Source: a virus (lineage: Duplodnaviria; Caudoviricetes). Taken from it: DNA of 27,919 bases. Below, piece after piece: positions 18,009 through 24,502 of this stretch. Where the stretch lies: IMG/VR virus record IMGVR_UViG_3300031454_000242, positions 1 to 27,919 of that record; one strand, written 5' to 3'. Made by a program: the position numbers and the translations under genes. How positions within the stretch are numbered: the stretch's first letter is position 1; the number at the start of each line of letters is the position of its first letter. The notes under the pieces are model-generated. The model saw only the letters and a list, made by a program, of their open reading frames with translations. It was not told where the DNA came from and did no database searches.

Positions 18009-18586
18009 CGTTCCACCTTCCATGCTCCGCCGATCCGGGCCAGCACGACTCGCACGTCGCCGTCGTCGGGGACCAGCTCGGCGATCCGGGCCACGACACC
18101 GGCCGGCAGGGTGAACGGCTTCGGTAGCGGCAGCTCTTCGCCCCGCACGTCAATGGCTTCCTGGGCCATAACCGACCGCAGTGCGTGGACGGACAGGTCG
18201 TTGTCGACGGCGATGTCGAGGAGCCGGCTGCGATGACGTGGCGGCTGTCCGCTCACCAGCTCGTGATGCGACCACGACAGGGCAGGGCGGCGTTCCTCGG
18301 GCGAGAAGATGCGAGCCACCCGCTGGCACCGCACCGCCGTCGGCTGATCGATCAGCGGCTCATACCGGAACATGTCGGCGTCGCCGGCCTGCACCCGACC
18401 GAGAGCGGCGAGCTGAATGTCGCCCATCCACCAGTTGAGCGAGGCGCTGCGGGCATCGAGGGACCGAAGCATGTCGTTGATCTGCGACGCGGTCGCATCG
18501 GCCGCGACGACGGCGCTCGTCGACGTGAGGCTGTCCAGGCCGGGCAGATCGAGAGCAAGCTGAGCGGAGGCGACAAGCCCGGTCAT
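18005..18586 (-). CDS. LmbU-like putative DNA-binding regulator
   Basis: WWMGD...VARIF...RRPALSWSHHELV...LL..A....LSV..LR motif series; start at an ATGA overlap (18586). Confidence 0.65.
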   Translation of the reverse strand: MTGLVASAQLALDLPGLDSLTSTSAVVAADATASQINDMLRSLDARSASLNWWMGDIQLAALGRVQAGDADMFRYEPLIDQPTAVRCQRVARIFSPEERRPALSWSHHELVSGQPPRHRSRLLDIAVDNDLSVHALRSVMAQEAIDVRGEELPLPKPFTLPAGVVARIAELVPDDGDVRVVLARIGGAWKVER

Positions 18587-19059
18587 GCTGCCTTCCACCC
18601 GGGATTGCGGCCCTGCTGCGGTGCCGCCGCCATCTCGCCCTTCGCTGCGCAACTCCACCTGTCGCGTGCCCCCCGACCGTGACTGCTCGCCCGGCCGTGC
18701 GCCGCCCCGGCACCGTTGCGGTCCGGGACCGACTGAGCCACCGGATCATCGAGCCGCAGGAACACCCTCGACTCCGCCAGGCGGTACTGCGGGCCCGGCT
18801 CGCGTCCATCAGCCACCCACGCCCGCCGTAGGCCCCGCCGATCCGGATCCGCGACCCCGCCCCGGACCCCATGCTGATCGTTGGACTCCACGGCGTCGAG
18901 CAGGCAAGCGGCCCGCACCGGACACGACCGGCACGTTGCTTTCGCGGCTACGGCGTTGTCACCGCCACGCGTCGGGAACCAACGATGCGCCGTGATGGCA
19001 CCGTCGACAGGCGCGGAGCCTCGGCAGGCGGCACGGTGGCGCCACGGGACGGCGGTCAC
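18583..19059 (-). CDS. whiB: WhiB-family transcription factor with C-terminal extension
   Basis: W...AAC...WFP...AKATCRSCPVRAACL...GVRGG...R: four Cys and a variant of the G(V/I)WGG turn. Confidence 0.88.
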   Translation of the reverse strand: MTAVPWRHRAACRGSAPVDGAITAHRWFPTRGGDNAVAAKATCRSCPVRAACLLDAVESNDQHGVRGGVADPDRRGLRRAWVADGREPGPQYRLAESRVFLRLDDPVAQSVPDRNGAGAAHGRASSHGRGARDRWSCAAKGEMAAAPQQGRNPGWKAA

Positions 19060-19235
19060 GGCTCCACCTGATCGGACGGCTCCGGCCAGATGAGGGTGTC
19101 GATCCGAGCGGCGATGATGCGGATGTGATTCGCCGTGAGGGCGCACCTGGTCGTGGCTGCGAGGGATCGCAGCCACTCTGCGTCTGCGTTGGCCAGCTCC
19201 ACCCGTTCGGGGTCGGAGTCGTCAAGGTCGGTCAT
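19056..19235 (-). CDS. Hypothetical protein, 59 aa (not in the ORF track)
   Basis: MTDLDDSDPERVELANADAEWLRSL...EP*; GGAG RBS; stop overlaps the whiB GTG. Confidence 0.6.
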   Translation of the reverse strand: MTDLDDSDPERVELANADAEWLRSLAATTRCALTANHIRIIAARIDTLIWPEPSDQVEP

Positions 19236-19379
19236 GTCAGGTTCTCCGGTTCGGTGAGGGCCGCGGTGGCGGCGGTGGTCATAGTCGTTGCTCCTCGTCG
19301 TGGGGTTGTGGCGGCTCGGCTGTACTTCGTGGGGTCTCGCGGCTGGCGGTGAGGGGGCGGCGGCGACCGGGTGGAGCGG

Positions 19380-22019
19380 TCACCAGAGCCCTCCGTCGTC
19401 GTCGTCACTGTCGATGGCGACCGGCACGGATGGTGGTGCATTGTCGCGGTCGGTGGTGGCATCGTTCTGCGCGTTCTGCGCGTTCTGCGCGGGGGGTCGG
19501 CCATCCCCTTTTGAGAGAAAAGAGAGTGAGTGATCTTCTTTTTCTCCTCTAAGCCGGGAACGCGCATAACGCGCAGAAACTGTGGATAACTCGGGGTGGA
19601 GGGCGAACTCGACCGAACGCTTGTTCCGTTGGGTCAGGACCGGCCCTCCGTCCACTGTGCGGATCCAGCCACGCTCAGTGAGCAACAGAAGTGGCGGGAG
19701 CGTGTCGTCGGCCCTCTTGAAGGCCGAACGGTTGCCGGCATAGAGCTGCCGGACGGTGAACGAGGCGTTCCCGGCACCCTCAGCCCAGTCGAGGATCTTG
19801 CGGGCCATGGCGATGTCGGGCGACGATCCCCAGAGGTCGTGGACGTGGGCAGCGTGGGTCAGCCAGTACTCGCCGACGCTGATCGCCTGGGTGATCGTGG
19901 CCATCTCGACGGGCGCATCATGGGGGTGGCCGTGGGCGACGTGGAGCAGGACGGCGAGGCGCAGCACCGACGATTCGAGCTTGCCGGTCCATTCGGCCAT
20001 GGGTCGTAGATCGCCATCGGGGAGGCGGCGCCGCTCGAGGGCCTGGCGCCAGTCCGAGTAGTGCTGGGCGGCGGGGTCGCTGAGGTGCAGGGTGGCGGGT
20101 CGTTCCCATGACAGCATGCGTCGCCCGATGGTCATCATCTGGTCGTGGTAGCGGTCGTCGCTGCCGGAGTTGGTGGCTGGCCGGAAGGCGAGGTCGCGGT
20201 GTCCGAGGACATCGGGGGGGACGGCGTACATGAATCGGGCGGTGAGGCCTCGGCCGGCCAGCTCGGGCGTGTCGGCGAGGGCCCGGATCACCGATGGCTG
20301 CACGGTGAGGACCATGGTGAGGATTGCCTCGGGTGCTTCGTTGGCTTCGCGGCCTACCCGCACGGTGTCGAGACGGTCACCGGACCATCCCTGGAGGTAG
20401 ACGTCGAGGTTGGTGCGGTCGCTGTAGCGGCCGGTCATCAACCCGAACACGCCGCCTTCGGTGGAGTGGATGGCGATGCGCCCTCCGTTGTCGGCGATCA
20501 GCTTGGCCAGCGCTTCGGGGGTGGCGTCGCCGACGGTGAGCTTCGGGGTGGCGGTGGGTTGTTCCTGAGCGGTGAACAGCTTGGCTCGGAGGTCGACGAG
20601 CTGGCGGGGGTCCGGTGAGTCGAGAGCCTTGGCCCGTTTCAGTTCGCCTTCGATGCTGTCGACGATGTCCTGGTTGGCGGCGACGGTGGCACGGGTCTGT
20701 CGTGCATGTTCGGTTTCGAGCTCGGTGACCGCTGAGCACATGGCCTTGTAGGCGGGGGATTTGCCGGTGGATGGCGGCATGGCGATGACGATGTACAGGT
20801 TGGCGTGTTCGGTCCAGCGGCCTCGCACGTTGAGTTTGAGGTGCCCAGCGCAGAGGGTGGAGAGTGCGCCGATGGCGAGGAGGGCGGGGAGGTCGACGGG
20901 GACCTGGAGGTCGACGGCGACTTCTTCGGCGTGGTCGGCGATCCAGTCGGGTAGGACGTGGGTCGGGAACGGTGGGAGCGCGATGTTGGCGCCGAGGGGG
21001 ATCGGTTCGGGCCACGGTTCGTCGGGTGCCGTCGTTGTGCCGGTGGGTGCGTCGTCTCGCAGGCTGGCCCCGATAAGGCCTTCGAGATCGGGCGACGGCG
21101 GTCCGTGGTGCCCGTCGGCTCGCAGGGCGCTGGCGGCGGCGCTGTGGTCGCCTCCGTGGCGGGTGGCGGCCAAGTAGCCGATCTTCGTGTATGTGCCTTC
21201 GGGGTCGAGGCCTGCGGGCCCGAGCGACGACGTGAACACCTTCAAGACGTCGGAGCCCTTGTAGCCGGTGGTGGCCGAGGTGCCGTCGCGTCGTTGTTTC
21301 CCGGGCCGGGTCCAGTGGTCTTCGCCAGCGCGGTCGGTGTGATGGAGGGTCCAGCCGTCTGGCTCGAGGATCTGTGCCCAGCTGGTGGCGGCGGCCCAGA
21401 TGTCACCGGGGCGGTCGCTGCGGGCCTCACCGGCGGGGTGGTTGCGGGGTGCCGGTTCGGGGTCTTGGAGCATGGTGAGCATCCAGCCGGGAGCCTGCAC
21501 GCACCGGTCAGGTGCGGCGGCTTCGACGCTGTAGGGGTGGCCGTTGGCGTGGATCGACGGGGGGGCGACGATGAACCCGCCTTCGCCTCGCACGTCGAGG
21601 CCGGGGCCGAGGCGCCCGGAGGCGCTGTTGCGAATGGTCTGGCCGTCGGTGGGCCAAGCGAACAGGATGTGACGGCCACCTGATCCGGTGAGGTGCTCGC
21701 GGGTGGCAGGGAGCGGCCCGTAGGCGGCTTCGTGTTCGGCGAGGGTGTCGTCACCGGTTTTGCCGTCGGCGACGTCGACGTCGAGGGCCCAGATCCCGGA
21801 GGCGGCACCGGTGATGATCCCGATGCCGTGGTCGGGTGCCTGGCCCCACCAGTGCCGGATCTTCGCTTCGTCGGTGGACCCCTCACGTTGCCAGGCCGGA
21901 TGGCCTTGCGGGTACTTGAGGCCGGGCGGGATCGGGATGACCCGCCAGCCTCGTCGGGCGTAGGCGAGCGCCGCGTCGAGGTTGCCGGTCGGCATCGGGT
22001 CAGGGTCAGGCATGGTCAT
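19380..22019 (-). CDS. Bifunctional DNA primase/polymerase fused to a DUF3987-like helicase domain
   Basis: ALAYARRGWRVIP, GIGIITG, ALDVD, TGSGGRH, LDVRGEGGFIVAPPSIH; C-terminal half PPSTGKS, DATPEAL, EGG, G.TARF. Confidence 0.92.
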   Translation of the reverse strand: MTMPDPDPMPTGNLDAALAYARRGWRVIPIPPGLKYPQGHPAWQREGSTDEAKIRHWWGQAPDHGIGIITGAASGIWALDVDVADGKTGDDTLAEHEAAYGPLPATREHLTGSGGRHILFAWPTDGQTIRNSASGRLGPGLDVRGEGGFIVAPPSIHANGHPYSVEAAAPDRCVQAPGWMLTMLQDPEPAPRNHPAGEARSDRPGDIWAAATSWAQILEPDGWTLHHTDRAGEDHWTRPGKQRRDGTSATTGYKGSDVLKVFTSSLGPAGLDPEGTYTKIGYLAATRHGGDHSAAASALRADGHHGPPSPDLEGLIGASLRDDAPTGTTTAPDEPWPEPIPLGANIALPPFPTHVLPDWIADHAEEVAVDLQVPVDLPALLAIGALSTLCAGHLKLNVRGRWTEHANLYIVIAMPPSTGKSPAYKAMCSAVTELETEHARQTRATVAANQDIVDSIEGELKRAKALDSPDPRQLVDLRAKLFTAQEQPTATPKLTVGDATPEALAKLIADNGGRIAIHSTEGGVFGLMTGRYSDRTNLDVYLQGWSGDRLDTVRVGREANEAPEAILTMVLTVQPSVIRALADTPELAGRGLTARFMYAVPPDVLGHRDLAFRPATNSGSDDRYHDQMMTIGRRMLSWERPATLHLSDPAAQHYSDWRQALERRRLPDGDLRPMAEWTGKLESSVLRLAVLLHVAHGHPHDAPVEMATITQAISVGEYWLTHAAHVHDLWGSSPDIAMARKILDWAEGAGNASFTVRQLYAGNRSAFKRADDTLPPLLLLTERGWIRTVDGGPVLTQRNKRSVEFALHPELSTVSARYARSRLRGEKEDHSLSFLSKGDGRPPAQNAQNAQNDATTDRDNAPPSVPVAIDSDDDDGGLW
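19463..19589. other. Putative replication origin: inverted iterons, AT-rich core, DnaA box
   Basis: 3x CGTTCTGCG (19463-19489), purine/pyrimidine tracts (about 19508-19552), three degenerate inverted copies (19554-19580), then TGTGGATAA (19581-19589). Confidence 0.65.
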
Positions 22020-22028
22020 CGGGGCGCG

Positions 22029-22059
22029 CCGATGGCGCCCGTCGAGCGGACGCCATCGG
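22029..22059 (-). terminator. Hairpin between the TasA-like gene and the primase gene
   Basis: CCGATGGCG(T)CC...GGGCGCCATCGG, 12-bp stem just upstream of the primase start. Confidence 0.35.
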
Positions 22060-22126
22060 TCGGGGAGCGGTGCGGATTACTCACGGGCGCCTCGCGGCTG
22101 GCCGGCCCCGACGTGCCCGGGTCGGT

Positions 22127-23305
22127 TCATGCGGCCGCCTTCCAGAGCTGCCGGAGCATCTCTTTGCCGAGCTTGCGGAGGGCGTCGCCTTGCTGGTGGC
22201 CGCCACTCCAAGGGGCGCCGGGCTGGGCCGGCTTTCCAGAGGGTCCGCAGCGCACGCATTCCGTGGTGTGAACGCGGTCCCATGTGGCGTAGCGGGTGTC
22301 GATGTAGAGCTGCCCGAACGGTGAGATGGCGTGCCGGTTTGTCGGCGTGAACGGGACCTTCGGGCCCGGGGTGGTCTGGCGTACTCCGGCCTTGACCAGG
22401 CACTCGGCGACGAGGTGCGTGACCATCTTGAGGTTGGGTGAGCCGAGGGCTGCGAGGTCAGCAGCGGAGGCGCCCTTCTGTGCCCGTCCGGGGCGACCGT
22501 GGCCGCAGTACTGCCAGAGCTGCGAGACGGTGCGGGCGTAGGGTTCGTCGGCTACGAGGACCCGCTTGGAACCAGTGCCTTCCCAGTGGTGCGGGGTGGC
22601 GATCCGGGGGCGGCCGAGGTGGCCGATGAGACGGGCCATGAGCGGTTCGCCGAGTCCGCGACTGGTCTTCTGCCAGGTGCGGATCTCGGTGGGGACGACA
22701 CGCCGGTAGCAGAGGGCGAGTTGGCGGCCGACGACCTTCTCGGAGGTCTCTAGAGCGTCGATGTACGGCTGGTAGACGGCGGGGTCGACACCGCCGCGCT
22801 TGGCCCGGTTGTCAGCGGCGATCCGGGCCTGTTGGGCGTCGTGGAACATCTCGGCCCATATGCGAAGTTCGAGCCACCCGTCGTGACTGGAAGGGGTGTC
22901 GGGGGTCGCTTGGACGGGCGGCTCGAGAAGGTTCGACCCCGGCGCGGTTGCTGTGGGTGTCGCGGTAGCAATGGCTGGGGTCGAGAGGGTGCTGAGGTCG
23001 GCGGTCCCACATTGGGTGTCGCGCCGCGTATGGCCGACCTCAGCGGAAAGATCACCCGGACCAGACGGGTCACGTAGGGGCGCCGCGACTTCGGTGGTCT
23101 GGTCCGGGTGAGAAGTGTCGACCCCGGCGGCCGAAGCATGGGAATCGCGGTCCACTTGGCCGGGGTCGAGAGGGTCCACCACCAGCGGACCAACTCGGGG
23201 CGCCGTGGGTTCATTGGCTGGTGGTGGAGAAGGCGACTCACCGACGCGGGTCATCTGGGTGTCGTGATCTGCTTGGTCGGTGGGTCGGGTCAGGGTGGCG
23301 GTCAT
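22127..23305 (-). CDS. tasA: Nop/IS110-like RNA-binding protein without a nuclease domain (TasA-like)
   Basis: The last ~250 aa contain a coiled coil (ELRIWAEMFHDAQQARIAADNR...LETSEKVVGRQL), GLGEPLMARLIG, TVSQLWQYCG and terminal GHQQGDALRKLGKEMLRQLW. No RuvC/DEDD or HNH motif seen. The first ~145 codons are the guide array. Confidence 0.82.
   Translation of the reverse strand: MTATLTRPTDQADHDTQMTRVGESPSPPPANEPTAPRVGPLVVDPLDPGQVDRDSHASAAGVDTSHPDQTTEVAAPLRDPSGPGDLSAEVGHTRRDTQCGTADLSTLSTPAIATATPTATAPGSNLLEPPVQATPDTPSSHDGWLELRIWAEMFHDAQQARIAADNRAKRGGVDPAVYQPYIDALETSEKVVGRQLALCYRRVVPTEIRTWQKTSRGLGEPLMARLIGHLGRPRIATPHHWEGTGSKRVLVADEPYARTVSQLWQYCGHGRPGRAQKGASAADLAALGSPNLKMVTHLVAECLVKAGVRQTTPGPKVPFTPTNRHAISPFGQLYIDTRYATWDRVHTTECVRCGPSGKPAQPGAPWSGGHQQGDALRKLGKEMLRQLWKAAA
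22869..23287 (-). ncRNA. Stem-loop TIGR-like guide RNA array, 7 units
   Basis: Units at 23234-23287, 23175-23228, 23118-23169, 23052-23111, 22991-23044, 22933-22984 and 22869-22926. Each is a 10-14 bp stem + CCA + 9 nt + CG(A/G)NNCCC(A/C) + 9 nt + CG + stem, separated by 5-7 nt pyrimidine-rich linkers. Confidence 0.9.
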
Positions 23306-23751
23306 GCTGCGACCGCCAGGACATCGTTGAGACAGGAGACGCCGGCCGCTTCGATGATGTCGATCGCTTCGGCGTGGCGGGCGATCGTGTTGTCGATGCC
23401 GTTGCGGAGCGACGCAAGGAAGGCGATGCGGTCCCGGTGGTCTTGCACGGTGGCTTCACCCCAGACGACGTGCTTACCGCGTCCGATGCAGAACCGGTCG
23501 GCCAGGTACTCGGCGCGGTTGATTCCCCCAGCGACGCGTCGCTCTTGGGTATCGGAGGTTCCATGGTCGCTGGGGGAGTTCTCGTGGGCCCGCACGTCAG
23601 ACCGGATGGACCGTCGGCACTCGTTGCGGACCAGCGGACCGAACATGTCCCGCCACTTCTGCGGGCAGCCCAGAGCGTCGAACACCGCCGATGCGGTCTC
23701 GTCCGGGTCACCGTTGGACATCTGGTCGATCAGCTCGTTCAGGTTCGGCAT
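23302..23751 (-). CDS. Hypothetical protein coupled to the TasA-like gene and carrying an embedded guide unit
   Basis: 149 aa; GAGGAG RBS; ATGA overlap with 22127-23305. Confidence 0.78.
   Translation of the reverse strand: MPNLNELIDQMSNGDPDETASAVFDALGCPQKWRDMFGPLVRNECRRSIRSDVRAHENSPSDHGTSDTQERRVAGGINRAEYLADRFCIGRGKHVVWGEATVQDHRDRIAFLASLRNGIDNTIARHAEAIDIIEAAGVSCLNDVLAVAA
23524..23577 (-). ncRNA. Solo TIGR-like unit inside a CDS
   Basis: TCCCCCAGCGA-CCA-TGGAACCTC-CGATACCCA-AGAGCGACG-CG-TCGCTGGGGGA: perfect 11-bp stem with identical architecture. Confidence 0.85.
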
Positions 23752-23921
23752 CAGTTGCTCCTCGGGTTGGGATGAGGCAGTGGGGTGGTGGGTGGCCCGG
23801 TCGGGTGCATGCGGTCATGGATGCTCCTGGGGTGGGTGGCCCGGCCGACGGTCCTGGGAGTCGTCGGCCGGGCCGGTTCCGGTCGGGCCAGGGGACGGTC
23901 CGACCGGAGAACGGTGGCGGG

Positions 23922-24464
23922 CTACAGGTCGTCGAAGAGGTCGTCGCTGCTGGCCGCCGTGGCCGGAGCCGGAGCCGTGGGCGGAACGGGTGCCGGCGTG
24001 GGTGCGTCGGCGAGGAGGTCCCCGGTGTCGAGAGCCGGCGCCTTGTACGCCATCTCGTAGAGCTTCGGCGGGTTGAAGCCCCGCTTCGAGGCCGTGCCGT
24101 CGCCCACGTAGCGGACGGCGAGGATGCCGCCGACTTCGAGGCTGGTCGCCTTCGCTGCCTTGAGGGCACCGATGAGCGAGGCGGTGAGCGACTGCGTCTC
24201 GGGCTTCTTCGAGCCCTTCACGTACAGGTTCCGGACCCCGTCATCGTCATCGTCCTCGCGTTCACCGGTTTGCAGGGTGACGACGAGCTGCATCTTCGGC
24301 TTGCCGTCGTCCCAGAAAGCGGGCTTGTCGGTGTCCATGTCGATCTGCTGGCGCGTTTCGGCGGCGACGACGGTGCCTTTGATCTTGTCGCCGATGGTCT
24401 CGAACTTGGCTGATCGGCCGCCGCCTCCGGTGAGGAAGTCGGCGACGCTGGTGTCGATGCTCAT
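23922..24464 (-). CDS. Putative single-stranded DNA-binding protein
   Basis: Start at ATG 24464 after AGGAG. SAKFETIGD...G...WDDGKPKMQLVVTLQT; Pro/Ala linker and acidic tail DDLFDDL; follows the exonuclease. Confidence 0.65.
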   Translation of the reverse strand: MSIDTSVADFLTGGGGRSAKFETIGDKIKGTVVAAETRQQIDMDTDKPAFWDDGKPKMQLVVTLQTGEREDDDDDGVRNLYVKGSKKPETQSLTASLIGALKAAKATSLEVGGILAVRYVGDGTASKRGFNPPKLYEMAYKAPALDTGDLLADAPTPAPVPPTAPAPATAASSDDLFDDL

Positions 24465-24502
24465 GGTGTTGGTGTGCTCCTGTGTGTTGGTGGGTTGGGG
24501 GG

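Noticed and set aside
22945-22971. Predicted target of one unit resembles the conserved 16S rRNA segment CAGCAGCCGCGGTAATAC (14/18)
   Set aside because: Four mismatches in 18 nt, noticed post hoc in GC-rich sequence; chance cannot be excluded.
22869-23287. CRISPR array, REP/BIME cluster or terminator series
   Set aside because: No constant 23-47 bp repeat and no cas genes. Stems vary in sequence while the loop geometry (3+9+9+9+2) is invariant, and there are no U-tracts.
22127-23305. IS110-family transposase / insertion sequence
   Set aside because: Only the C-terminal-like motifs are present, with no N-terminal DEDD RuvC domain. The gene is coupled into the phage operon and preceded by a multi-unit dual-spacer array, which fits TasA better.
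23708-23818. Short ORF with an AGGAG RBS upstream of the TIGR module (and a similar 16-codon ORF at 19232-19282)
   Set aside because: Too short and low-complexity to support. The first overlaps the next gene by 44 nt; either would need ribosome profiling.
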